Assembly: GCA_963765895.1 (NCBI GenBank)
Contig: CAVXZB010000084.1
Location: 160,001 to 224,000 of the forward strand
Source: an uncultured Nitrososphaeraceae archaeon
Lineage (GTDB): Archaea > Thermoproteota > Nitrososphaeria > Nitrososphaerales > Nitrososphaeraceae
Direction: 5' to 3'
DNA length: 64,000 nucleotides
The notes beneath the pieces were generated by a model that searched no databases, was not told the origin of the DNA, and saw nothing but the letters and a program-made list of their open reading frames with translations. The position numbers and the translations under genes were made by a program. Shown here in pieces: positions 31,745-42,021 of the stretch; the first letter of the stretch is position 1, and each line of letters starts with the position of its first letter.

Positions 31745-31883
31745 TGGATTCTAAATGATGTCTGGCCGATTCTATTACGAATTCGGATACGGTGCGATAT
31801 GTCCCTAGCTTTTGAACCGCTACTTCGACGATTTTATCCGCCAATGGCTGAGGGATCTTTACTGTGGCATACTTGACTAACAT
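31728..31883 (-). CDS. Ribbon-helix-helix (CopG/Arc/MetJ) DNA-binding protein, 51 aa (not in ORF track)
   Basis: Hand translation MLVKYATVKIPQPLADKIVEVAVQKLGTYRTVSEFVIESARHHLESIKPPE: beta-strand TVKIP, helix, G-x-Y-x-T-V-S-E-F-V turn-helix; TATTAAAG about 25 nt upstream. Confidence 0.85.
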   Translation of the reverse strand: MLVKYATVKIPQPLADKIVEVAVQKLGTYRTVSEFVIESARHHLESIKPPE

Positions 31884-31949
31884 GAGAATAATATATGGAA
31901 TGAGACTTTAATACCTTTGTATATATCCTTATTCTGTAATAATGTTAGC

Positions 31950-32356
31950 TAACAAAGTATAAATATCGGCGTAGCTCATCCAAGACTCGGATGCAGAGCA
32001 AAGGCATGCCGATCGAAATTAGAAGAAAGACCAATTGGGGATCCCAATCCCAATGATCACATTGCTGGTTTTGTGACGTGATCGCAAGACTATTCGGGTA
32101 CATTGGCGCAATCGCTGGCGCACAGATAGGGAAGTACATATGCCGCGTCCTGTTTGTAGACAGGAAGTGACTTATGTAAACGAAACGTCCCCCGATAAGG
32201 GGGATATACTCTTTCTGATGAATAAATGTTTCTGTTTAATTTTTATCATAAATGTGGTGGGTTATGTAGCCGGTTGTTTGATTCATCATTACGGCTTTTC
32301 AGGCATCCATAGGACATATAGTTGGTATTTTCTTTCCAGACCCCTCTGGAATGGGG
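31950..32356 (+). ncRNA. Candidate structured non-coding RNA inside the transposon
   Basis: Chain of hairpins: 31965-32013, 32034-32054, 32055-32083, 32148-32165, 32187-32205, 32216-32288, 32341-32356; G-U pairs favour the + strand; TATATAT at 31920-31926 upstream; no convincing ORF. Confidence 0.4.
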
Positions 32357-32504
32357 ATGACATTTTATGGGTAAATATATATCCGAAGCAATGAGAGTTG
32401 TGAGTGCCATTTAATTCTTTCAGCCGAATTAGAGCAGTTATCTAAATCAGTCGATTGTGCAGCACAACTCCTTAAATAGTTCCGCATTAAAGAGGAAGCA
32501 TATA

Positions 32505-32753
32505 CTAATGATTTAGCGACTTTATTTGCCTTATTACCTCCCTTCCATGTAATTTCACCGACTCATCATTGGAATGGTTCAGAATCTCCGTGATAGGGTT
32601 TATTCCATCCCTCCCAAATGCTGCTATAGTATCGATAATTGTTTTTACTACCACTTCTTCATTATGATCAATAGCATTCTTTGTTAGTCTAGACAAATGA
32701 TCATTATTAGGAGATGTTTGTCTTATACTCTTTTTACTCTTTTTACTCTTCAT
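32505..32753 (-). CDS. Small helical (HEAT-like) hypothetical protein
   Basis: 82-aa ATG ORF, IIDTIAAFGRDGINPITEIL...VKLHGREVIRQIK. Confidence 0.6.
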   Translation of the reverse strand: MKSKKSKKSIRQTSPNNDHLSRLTKNAIDHNEEVVVKTIIDTIAAFGRDGINPITEILNHSNDESVKLHGREVIRQIKSLNH

Positions 32754-33131
32754 ATAATATTTTCATACACTGTCCGACTAAAAACTCCCAATGGTTCCTT
32801 ATTGAAGTTACTGCTGTAGTTCGGAATTGGTTACCACTAATTATAGAATATTTCTGAAGGAAATTAAGGTGTGTCACTTTGTGGTAACTCATTTTGTGCC
32901 ATAAACCAACATCATGCACTAGCAGGGGTGCGTCTCAGTCCATGAATCCTGATCATAACTTAACTTAACCAAGGATTTGATCGATTAGTATTTGCTGGGA
33001 CTACACTATCTTGTTGTGCTTCTCGATTAATAGGCGTCAGGCTAAACTGCATTATCTCAAAAATACTCTGAAGTCCTAAATCAAGAGAAGCAGATCCTTT
33101 AATAATTGCAATCCCCCTTTAGACAAAGCAC

Positions 33132-34016
33132 TTGAGGAAACAGAAGAACAATAAGAGATCTTTGAGAGAACGAATCGAGGATAAAAAAAATATTCTTGTT
33201 CTTCCGGGGGTTTATGATGCATTAACTGCAAAGATAGCAGAAAGTGTTGGATTTGATGCAATGTTTCAGACCGGCTACGGTTCTGCTGCTTCACTGCTTG
33301 GAATGCCCGACTATGGTTTTTTGAATGCTGGCGAAACTATTGATAACGCTACTAGAATCATTCGATCTGTGAATTCGCCAGTAATAGTCGATATTGACAC
33401 TGGCTATGGTAACCCACTGACTGTCTGGAAACTTGTTCGCGATTTGGAATCTATTGGCGCAGCAGGTGTCTTTATAGAAGATCAGCTCTGGCCTAAAAGA
33501 TGTGGTCATATGGAAGGTAAGGATGTCATAGAAATGGAAGAATATATTTCAAAATTGAGGGCGGCACTAGAAGCGAGAAAAAGTAAAGACTTTATCATTG
33601 TCGCAAGGACAGATTCAAGAGCCCCACTCGGCCTAGATGAATCTATAAGACGTGGAAAGGCATATCGAGAGATGGGCGCAGATGTTATTTTTATCGAAGC
33701 TCCCAGATCAATTGCAGAGTTAAGAAGAATCGCAGGTGAAATTGACGCGCCCTTGGTTGCAAACATGATCGAAGATGGAGTAACACCGAATCTGAATGCA
33801 AAGCGACTTCTTGACCTTGGATATAGGATTGCAGTTTTCCCGTTGTCAGGGTTATATGCAGCTACTTATGCAGTTGACGAAGTATTTACGGAATTAAGGA
33901 AAAATGGCTCGACTACAAGACTCAAAAAAATTATGACAACATTTGATAATTTCAATAGATTAGTTAATTTACAAATGTATCAGGCTCTTGAGAAAAAATA
34001 CAAGACAGTTCGCTAA
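33132..34016 (+). CDS. prpB: Methylisocitrate lyase / ICL-PEP mutase family
   Basis: PGVYDAL, GMPDYG, DIDTGYG, IEDQLWPKRCGH, ARTD, GADVIFIEA. Confidence 0.88.
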   Translation: MRKQKNNKRSLRERIEDKKNILVLPGVYDALTAKIAESVGFDAMFQTGYGSAASLLGMPDYGFLNAGETIDNATRIIRSVNSPVIVDIDTGYGNPLTVWKLVRDLESIGAAGVFIEDQLWPKRCGHMEGKDVIEMEEYISKLRAALEARKSKDFIIVARTDSRAPLGLDESIRRGKAYREMGADVIFIEAPRSIAELRRIAGEIDAPLVANMIEDGVTPNLNAKRLLDLGYRIAVFPLSGLYAATYAVDEVFTELRKNGSTTRLKKIMTTFDNFNRLVNLQMYQALEKKYKTVR

Positions 34017-34139
34017 GAATTCTGCTAGTAGGAATTCATTTAAGACGCTTTGTGTTTTGGCAAGATATCTAGCTGTCTCAAACGGAGGCAATGTCAATAG
34101 GTTCAATATCGATCAAATCGATCCTATATAGATCACGCC

Positions 34140-35021
34140 ATGAAAATAGCGCATATAAATAATATATCAGGCATAGGCTCTGACCTCTCCCAGGCACAAA
34201 TCTTACAAGGACATTTATCAGATGTTTATGTATTCAATCCAAAGATCTATAACCAGTTCGGAGGCACTATGATTAACTACAGGTCTCCCTTTTCAAGATG
34301 GAAAGTGTTCAGAAAGTTGAAAGAATATGATATCTGGCATTATCATTATCCATACGGTTCCTTAAAAGCAGGCTTGGAAAAACGAAATCAAGGAAAAATA
34401 TACCTCAAGCATTATCACGGAGATGATCTCAGAGGAAAGTCTGATGACGATTTTTGCCTAGTCTCTACGCCAGACCTCTTACAGTACGCTCAGACTGGTA
34501 AATGGCTTCCTAGTCCAGTTTGCATCGACAAGTTGCTAACAGTAACAGAAAATAGAGACGGCGGTAGACTCAGGGTAGCACATTATCCTTATTATAAAAT
34601 GTATGGACATCTGGACATTTATTCTGAAATCCTAGATTCATTACAGAAGGCTGGCAAATGTGACATAGTTAGAATCTTGGACGTTTCGCATAGAGAGACT
34701 TTAAGGTTAATTTCTACCTGCGATATAGTACTTGGAAAGATTATTCCAAATATTGGCTGGTTTGGGAGATTCGAACTTGAAGGAATGGCTCTTGGAAAAC
34801 CGGTCATTGCTTATATATCTGATGAATTATACGATAAATACAAGCCTCCTGTCTTTATAACGACTAACCAAAATTTTAGACAGGATCTCGAAGCATTATT
34901 GGAAGACACAAGTGTTCAAGATAAACTAGCAGAAGAAGGAATACAATATGTAAAAGAATATCACTCCACCAAAAAGATAGTAGAGACTCTGCAGAATATA
35001 TATAGACAATTAGGTTCTTAA
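34140..35021 (+). CDS. GT-B (GT4-like) glycosyltransferase
   Basis: MKIAHIN, HYHGDDLR, GWFGRFELEGMALGKPVI. Confidence 0.8.
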   Translation: MKIAHINNISGIGSDLSQAQILQGHLSDVYVFNPKIYNQFGGTMINYRSPFSRWKVFRKLKEYDIWHYHYPYGSLKAGLEKRNQGKIYLKHYHGDDLRGKSDDDFCLVSTPDLLQYAQTGKWLPSPVCIDKLLTVTENRDGGRLRVAHYPYYKMYGHLDIYSEILDSLQKAGKCDIVRILDVSHRETLRLISTCDIVLGKIIPNIGWFGRFELEGMALGKPVIAYISDELYDKYKPPVFITTNQNFRQDLEALLEDTSVQDKLAEEGIQYVKEYHSTKKIVETLQNIYRQLGS

Positions 35022-35151
35022 AATAACTTGGTTCCTTTGTGAATAAACAGCATCTAACAAGGCGATAGAACCTTATTACAATCGGGAGTGAATTTCGTAC
35101 TTCAGAAGGGCTTACGATATATTTTTTAAAAGCCAGACGTACGACTTAACG

Positions 35152-36366
35152 TTGATAAATCTATGCAATTTGCTGACGTTGAGGTATGACCCTTTTTATC
35201 CAAAGGATTCGACCAAAATAGCTGACGTTACCACAGACCAGATTTTAGCTCAAAGAAAAGGTACAGAACCCATTCCAACTTCATTAGAGATAGAAAAAGC
35301 CCTTCGTAATGTAATAAAATATTCAGTCGAGACCAACAAAGCTGACCATGTCGCTGTTGCATTAAGTACAGGTGTAGATTCGAATCTTATATTCTCATTA
35401 ATACGGGACGAATTCCCGGCGATTGACATCAATTGTTATTGTGTAGGTTTCTACGATGATCATGAGCTCTTGATTGCTAAGCAGATTTCAGAGAGTAAAG
35501 GAGGATCGTTCAATCGTATCGTTGTAGAAAACCCGTTGAGAGATCTGATTGAAATGATAAGCATAGTCAAAGAACCGAGATGGAATATATATCAATATTA
35601 TTTTATTAAAGAGGCAAAATCCACTTCTGATATCCTATTCACTGGAGACGGCGGTGACGAATTATTTGCTGGATACACTTTCAGATATAGAAAGTTCCTT
35701 TCTTTGATAACGTCAAAAGCTACTCCATTAGAACGGATTCAGGTTTATCTGCAATGTCATGAACGTGATTGGGTAGCCGATCAAGAAAAAATGTTCGAAA
35801 AAAACATGAAATTTAGTTGGTTATCAATTTACGAAATATTCGAAAAATATTTCAACAACACTTTAGAACCGCTGGACCAGCTATTATGTGCAGATTATAA
35901 TGGTAAGTTATTGCATGATTTCGTCCCAACTAATGAGAAGTTTTTTAGGTATTTCAATATTAAGGGCAAGGCACCTCTTATGGATGATGAAATTGTGAAG
36001 CTTTCCATCAAGATTCCTCCAGAATTGAAATATGATTATAGAAATAATGTTGGAAAGATCCCGTTACGATCTATTCTAACACGCAACTCTAGCCAAAAGT
36101 TCATCGAAAACGAAAAAATCGGATACGGAATGGACCTGAATGCATTATGGTCAAAAGAGGGGATGGAGATCATAACGTGTAACTTGGAACGAGGGCGAAT
36201 ATTTGAGGAAAAAATAATAGATCAAACTTGGTACCATAGTGCGTTATCGAAGATTAATGAAACCGGAGATCCAAGGTATATTAGCAAATTGCTTCAATTA
36301 CTGAGCCTAGAAATCTGGTATAAATTATTTGTTACTCGAGAATTAAAAGGCACTGAGCGGTTATGA
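35152..36366 (+). CDS. Asparagine synthetase C-terminal (ATP pyrophosphatase) domain protein without a glutaminase domain
   Basis: ALSTGVDS PP-loop, TGDGGDELFAGY, APLMD, GKIPLR, KIGYG; no N-terminal Cys-Ntn domain. Confidence 0.85.
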   Translation: MINLCNLLTLRYDPFYPKDSTKIADVTTDQILAQRKGTEPIPTSLEIEKALRNVIKYSVETNKADHVAVALSTGVDSNLIFSLIRDEFPAIDINCYCVGFYDDHELLIAKQISESKGGSFNRIVVENPLRDLIEMISIVKEPRWNIYQYYFIKEAKSTSDILFTGDGGDELFAGYTFRYRKFLSLITSKATPLERIQVYLQCHERDWVADQEKMFEKNMKFSWLSIYEIFEKYFNNTLEPLDQLLCADYNGKLLHDFVPTNEKFFRYFNIKGKAPLMDDEIVKLSIKIPPELKYDYRNNVGKIPLRSILTRNSSQKFIENEKIGYGMDLNALWSKEGMEIITCNLERGRIFEEKIIDQTWYHSALSKINETGDPRYISKLLQLLSLEIWYKLFVTRELKGTERL

Positions 36367-36411
36367 TAGATCCAATATATGATCTTTAATCGCGTAGATA
36401 TCTGACAAACA

Positions 36412-37971
36412 TTGCACTCCCTTATTCAACCGATTTCAAGGATTGTGACGGATAAATATTATGCAGCCTTACTGGTCTTTTCTGCTGGCTTCCTACTGAG
36501 ACTTGTTCCGGAGATGATCGCATATCCCTACCCAATTGGTTATGATGTAATTAACTACTACATCCCGGTGTTATCCAATTTCGATATCCATTGGCATTCC
36601 ACTTCACACGAATTTCCGATGTATGTTTACTTGTTGCATTTGATTGGTAGTGCAGTAGCATCATCGCCATACATTACGGTATTAGCCTCAGCCATATTCA
36701 TGTTTGGAATGCTGTCTGTCTCAATATTCGCGATAGGAATAAGAATCCTAAACATAAGTGTAACAGAAAGCGTATTTCTTTCTATTTTTGTTATTCTACA
36801 AATGTCCGTCCTCCGTACTACGTGGGATCTGCACAAAGATGTCTTTTCTATTTCGTTAATGTTCTTCGTCTTTTCATTGATTGCTGTCAACAAATCAAGT
36901 AATAGTTTAAATCAATTACTAAAGTCAATAGTATCAATCATCCTATCCTCGGTTATCGCAGTATCGGACAGGATGGTCGGTGGATTGTTCTCACTTTCTT
37001 TATTCATATACGCAATCAAATCCAAGGACAAAATCGCTGCATTAAGTTCTATCGCCGCGTTATTTGTATTTGTAATAGCCTTGTTCATGGGCTCTACTAT
37101 ATGGAATGATCTTAGCAAATTTAGTTTTATTGAACATCAGGTAGTCACGGTTCGACACACTGGAATATCCTCTACATCTTACAATCCATTTAATCTATTA
37201 ATTTCTTTTATTGCAGTAAACGGTCTCTTGGTGCCGGCAGCTCTATTGGGTTTGCGACATGAAAAGAATGCTAAGATCCTGAAAATTGCACTCCTGATCA
37301 CCATTTTTGGGTCGTTTTCATGGATATTATTTCCAAATGATGAATCATTAGTTGCTAACAGATGGATCATATTGACCGGGATTTTTCTTTCGATTTTCGC
37401 CGGCAACGGATTCATTATTCTTAGTAAAAGAATTGGTGTTCGGAAATCGAAAACCGCTTATCCTATCCTTTTAATCACAATAGCAATATTTGGTATTATT
37501 GGAATAAGTTATGTCGCCTCACCATATCGTAGCCCATTTATACTATATGAAATTGTGCGTGGCTATATTGGATCATTTGAACCGGTGAGTATGCAGTTTA
37601 ATTCTCTAGACATAAAGGAGAACCCTATGCTATTATCAGCAATAGAGTGGATCAACAAAAATACCACACCAAATGCAATTATAATCGGAGCAAACCACTT
37701 AAGGGGCTGGATGGAATTGGAACTTGAACAAGATAGGACCTTCCATTTTTTCAAGAGCAAGGAGGGCATATTGAATTTTTTGCGAAATACGAAATCCCAA
37801 AATAGTTATTTATTTTCGATTAACGGAGAAAATCCCGTTCTGTCGGGCATAAAAGTTAAAAATGTCTATAAATCTGAACTAATAACGATATCAAGAGTAT
37901 ATTCCCCCGCAATGCAGGCGGGTCAAATTATTAACATAATTCATACCAATGGAATGCGTAACACATTTTAA
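36412..37971 (+). CDS. Polytopic membrane protein, GT-C-like glycan transferase/polymerase
   Basis: About 12 hydrophobic segments; PYPIGYDVINYY first loop; WDLHKD; C-terminal AIEWINKNT soluble domain. Confidence 0.65.
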   Translation: MHSLIQPISRIVTDKYYAALLVFSAGFLLRLVPEMIAYPYPIGYDVINYYIPVLSNFDIHWHSTSHEFPMYVYLLHLIGSAVASSPYITVLASAIFMFGMLSVSIFAIGIRILNISVTESVFLSIFVILQMSVLRTTWDLHKDVFSISLMFFVFSLIAVNKSSNSLNQLLKSIVSIILSSVIAVSDRMVGGLFSLSLFIYAIKSKDKIAALSSIAALFVFVIALFMGSTIWNDLSKFSFIEHQVVTVRHTGISSTSYNPFNLLISFIAVNGLLVPAALLGLRHEKNAKILKIALLITIFGSFSWILFPNDESLVANRWIILTGIFLSIFAGNGFIILSKRIGVRKSKTAYPILLITIAIFGIIGISYVASPYRSPFILYEIVRGYIGSFEPVSMQFNSLDIKENPMLLSAIEWINKNTTPNAIIIGANHLRGWMELELEQDRTFHFFKSKEGILNFLRNTKSQNSYLFSINGENPVLSGIKVKNVYKSELITISRVYSPAMQAGQIINIIHTNGMRNTF

Positions 37972-37998
37972 CAGTAAAAAGCATCATACACCATAGGG

Positions 37999-38520
37999 AT
38001 GCTTACAAGAGACTTCATACGAAAGGCTACTGGAAATTGGGTAAGAAGAAGATGGCTCGATTTTCGAAATGGCCATAGTATCTATTTAATTTTTATAATG
38101 ACTTTTGCTAACTTTATTACAATACAGTACAAGTTACTTATCGACAAGGCGCCGGTATTTAGTTCAGCATTTCACAGTATATGGGGATTCGCTCTTCTTT
38201 TTGTGGCAGTCTATGTTCCCTTGGGCATAATTATTGGATATTGGCATCGAAAAAGCCAGTGGAGAGTGGAACAGGATGCCCTTTTTAAGGAAAATGAAAT
38301 TGGAGCCACAATGTGGTTGTTTGTAATCGACTTGATTGATGGAAGGGTATCTGAGGAAGAGAAGTTGCAAATGAGAGAAATGCTCACTAAAATTACTCGA
38401 CGTAGCATAAGAGCCGCCGCACTTAGACCATCATCATCGACCATAAATGCATCACCTGAGAACGGGAAAACTCAAAAAACAAATCCCGTCGATGCAAAGG
38501 TAAATACTGAGAATATGTAA
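37999..38520 (+). CDS. Hypothetical membrane protein (2 TM)
   Basis: RRRWLDFRNGHSIYL...GYWHRKSQWRVE; two hydrophobic helices. Confidence 0.7.
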   Translation: MLTRDFIRKATGNWVRRRWLDFRNGHSIYLIFIMTFANFITIQYKLLIDKAPVFSSAFHSIWGFALLFVAVYVPLGIIIGYWHRKSQWRVEQDALFKENEIGATMWLFVIDLIDGRVSEEEKLQMREMLTKITRRSIRAAALRPSSSTINASPENGKTQKTNPVDAKVNTENM

Positions 38521-38542
38521 TGTAGCACTTAGCCTGGAATAT

Positions 38543-39460
38543 ATGCTGCGTATTCTTCATGTATTTGATCAAGCAGGTGTGGCATTTATTCTTGCAAAGT
38601 TCCAGCAACTACAAGGGCATGAGTCAAAGGTACTAACCACTAAAACCTCAGATAAATATGGGATAAAGGACTTTTATAGAGATCAGATGTTATATGCAAA
38701 ATCTGAAAAAGAGTTTCATGAGGATTGCTTGATGTATGCTAAAACTGCAGATATAATCCACATCCATAGCAGAATTGATGCATTATTATTCCTACGCAAG
38801 AAGCTTGGTAATTCAAAGAGGATTATCTTACACTACCATGGGACTGACATAAGAGGACTGAAGAAAATCAAACTGCCGCATCGATCTAGTATATCTGACC
38901 TGGCGATAAAGTCGATTCACAACTACAGGAAGATACGTGACAAGCTGTTGTTAAGACATAGATTTCATGAGAAGGCTCAAAATATGTCCAATGCAGTTAT
39001 AGTTGCAACGCCTGATCTCTTGTCACACGTGAAAGGTGCAGTATTTATTCCCAACCCAGTAGACACCGAGCATTTTACCCCAAATAATTCCAAGGATGGC
39101 CGGGATTTAGATAGAGTTGCTTTAACTATGGACACAGAAGCTACAGATTATAATTTGACCATGCAATATTGTAGAAATAACAATATTCGCCTAAATATTG
39201 ACGTTCATGACAGAGCGAAACAGCCGATTATGTATCGGGATATGCCCGCATTCCTACAGAGGTATGCGGTATACGTAGATATAAGATACGTTAATGGTGT
39301 GTTATTGCCTAATCTGAGTAAGACAGCGTTGGAAGCCCTCGGGTGCGGCCTTAGAGTATTGAATTACAAATTACAATACCACGACAATCTGCCATTTGAA
39401 CACCAGCCGTTAAACGTTGTATCTCAAGTACAATCATTATATGGAACAGTATACCATTAA
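38543..39460 (+). CDS. GT-B (GT4-like) glycosyltransferase
   Basis: LRILHVFDQAG, HYHGTDIR, ATPDLL, IPNPVDTEHF, SKTALEALGCG; paralogue of 34140-35021. Confidence 0.78.
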   Translation: MLRILHVFDQAGVAFILAKFQQLQGHESKVLTTKTSDKYGIKDFYRDQMLYAKSEKEFHEDCLMYAKTADIIHIHSRIDALLFLRKKLGNSKRIILHYHGTDIRGLKKIKLPHRSSISDLAIKSIHNYRKIRDKLLLRHRFHEKAQNMSNAVIVATPDLLSHVKGAVFIPNPVDTEHFTPNNSKDGRDLDRVALTMDTEATDYNLTMQYCRNNNIRLNIDVHDRAKQPIMYRDMPAFLQRYAVYVDIRYVNGVLLPNLSKTALEALGCGLRVLNYKLQYHDNLPFEHQPLNVVSQVQSLYGTVYH

Positions 39461-39646
39461 TCTTGACTAGTTGGAGTTACTTAGGCGAGATCAGATACTC
39501 ATAGTTGAAGTATCAATACTTCTTGAGGACAGAAAGTTGCTTGGAAGTCATTTCCTTCAGCTATGACTTTCATTAACTAGCGATAAATGCTATCCATAGC
39601 GTTAACATATGAATTAAAAGAATGAGAATGCTATGAAATATAAGAT

Positions 39647-40790
39647 TTGAAAATATTACACCTGTCTCATGAAGGTCTACCAGATTGGCGGGTCGAAAAA
39701 TCAGCAATTACGGCTACGAGGCATGGTCATCAGGTCATTTTCTGTGGTAAAGGATCAAATTATAAAACGACACTTTTCCAAAAAATCTATCAAATCAATT
39801 GGAATGCAAAAGCAAGGTTCGGAGTTCCCCTATACTGGAAATCGGTAAAGCGACAACTAGCTAAAGTCTTAGATGAGACAAGACCAGATATTGTTCATGC
39901 ACACAATATTTTTTCAGCGAGAATGATTTCGGAATTTAAACTCCCATTTGTCTACGACGATCATGAATTCTGGTCCGCATCTTCAAGACTACTTAATGAA
40001 ATGAAGCCGAAGTCAGACGTTGTTACGAAATCCAAGACGTTGGGTCGCAATTTCCTCGAACTGGCTACTGGTACTCGAAAAAAAATCGTGAATCGCTATG
40101 CCATAAAATTATGGGCCAGATGGGAAAAAGAAATCGTTTGTTCAGCGCCAACTATCACAGTTTCTGATGCTAGTTCTAACGAGATGCGAAAATTAGGCTC
40201 GAGCAAACTGTTTGTTGTGCCGAACTTTCCTCTGTCGTCTGAAACAAGTAATATTGAAGGTCCACGATATCATCAATTTTTATCATCGGTGTATGCAGGC
40301 GAGCGATGGTCTCAATATCGATAGATATCCTCATCGAAATATGACCGGCTTTACCGACGTTTTTGAAACCAATGGAATAGGAACCCTTACAGTATTAGGA
40401 TGGAAAAATAATTCAACGGATAGAGTAAAGTACAAAGGATACTTATCGAGACAAGAGATGTTTAATGAAATGTCCAATCATTCGATAGGTCTACTCCCAT
40501 GGAGGAAACATTGGGCTCACTTCTTTACTAATCCCAATAAACCATATGAATATGCTCATGCAGGGCTGTTTGTCATGTGTTCTTCCTCTGTTCAGCCTGT
40601 CATTAGAACACTTCAAGATCATTGCTCTGTATTCGACGACTATGATGAGATGGTTTCTCAACTATTATATTTCAAGAATCACTTGGATTTGCTCTATAAG
40701 AAAAGACGAGAGTCATATAGATTTGCTAAAGCTAATATAATCTGGGAGAAGCATGAAAATAATATACTCCAAGCATACCAACTTTCTTAG
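39647..40790 (+). CDS. GT4-like glycosyltransferase (indel near 40300)
   Basis: PDWRVEK, PDIVHAHN, VYDDHE, VVPNFP; second frame IGLLPW...PNKPYEYAHAGL. Confidence 0.8.
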
Positions 40791-41065
40791 CGCTTGTTTC
40801 GTGGCTCATTAAATCCAGAATTACACAAATTATAGTTTGAAATTAGATCATATCTCCATAGAATTGAAATAAATCATTCCAGCACCAACTATTGATTTCG
40901 ATTTTGAAGATGTCTATAATATAGACTTGTCAAATTGGACATCTATTAAGCAGCCTTGAATTAACTCAATTCGAATTTGAATCCCAGGAGAGGTGTATAC
41001 CATCGATTTATCGAGATAGAAGAAAGAACTTTAAAATTGATGTTATTCGCTGGTTCTATAACTAA

Positions 41066-41921
41066 TTGGGCAGTTATTTCGCAATTGTTACTTCGAGGAA
41101 TTCAGAAAATGGGATCAAGTCGGCACTCCTCTCGCTAAAGAATCAAGCATTGGGCCCCGAATACGTCATAGTAATCGATGATGGCTCTAAAGATAGTACA
41201 CCGGAAATTCTTAAGGAATTGCAACAAAGCTGGAGTGAGCTATTCATAATAACAAACCCCGATATGGGTTATAATATCAGTAGGGTAGTGAAAAACTGGA
41301 ACGCGGCGTTAGAACTCGTGAAAAATAGAAATATGGTAAGAACAGATTATCATCTTATTGCCACAGATGATACCGAGTACGCTCCGGATTATGCTTTTAG
41401 GCTGATTTCTTATTTAGATTCTAATCCCGAGGTCGCCATAGCATCGGGCAACTATACAAATCATAAACCAGAAATGCCACATGGCGCCGGTAGATATGTA
41501 CGAAATACTGTATTTGAAAAGACAAGGTGGAAAGGAAGTCTATCCTGAGCAAATGGGCTACGAGTCAGCTATTTTGTACGAAGTGGAATTTCTTGGTTAC
41601 AAATATTCTGTAATCGAAGAGGCGAGATTTCGACATCTCAGGCCTCTAGGTTTAAATCATCGCTTTTACGAGTTCGGCGCTACTATGCATACGCTTGGAT
41701 ATCATCCGGTGTATGCATTAGGAAGATTTGCGAAGTATTTTTTAACCGGCACGGTCACAGGGCGACTTGGATCATTATACATGATCTATTATTACCTGAC
41801 ATATAGGGCAGAAATCCGAGGTTATAACCGTCTTTATGATACCCAACTCAGACAGTATGTAAGAAAGAAACAGAGCGATAGAATAAAAAGAATACTCAAT
41901 ATGAGAATACTCAAGAAGTAA
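41066..41921 (+). CDS. GT2 glycosyltransferase (indel near 41540)
   Basis: VIVIDDGSKDST, ATDDTEY, HGAGR; second frame YPEQMGYES...HLRPLG...GYHPVYALGR. Confidence 0.82.
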
Positions 41922-42021
41922 CTAAGATCGTGACTATACCATGGCAGGGTGATAAATTATTTAGTATAGGTTGGAAGGTCACTAGATTTTTATATCTTAT
42001 ATTTTGCTCTGTTCAGCTAAT

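Larger units (their letters stand above)
29987..32469 (+). mobile_element. Complete IS1/IS6-like DDE transposon with cargo (2483 bp)
   Basis: Left end AGTTATGCTGCGAAAAACGACTGATTT (29987-30013) and right end AAATCAGTCGATTGTGCAGCACAACT (32444-32469) are imperfect inverted repeats; both are flanked by CCTTAAAT; transposase lies inside. Confidence 0.88.

Noticed and set aside
32181-32222. Hammerhead ribozyme (CGAAAC-hairpin-ATA...CTGATGA)
   Set aside because: Only 6 nt lie between the would-be cleavage triplet and CUGAUGA, so stem I cannot form; there is a C-A mismatch next to the core and no clear stem II.
31945-32394. Track ORFs 31945-32139 (-) and 32140-32394 (+) as real genes
   Set aside because: Atypical composition and no motifs; they overlap the hairpin-rich region. 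A short hydrophobic peptide from ATG 32218 cannot be fully excluded.
29987-32469. Casposon, IS200/605 (TnpB) or IS110 element
   Set aside because: No Cas1, PolB, RuvC or DEDD motifs; the transposase is an RNase H-type DDE with TIRs and a TSD.
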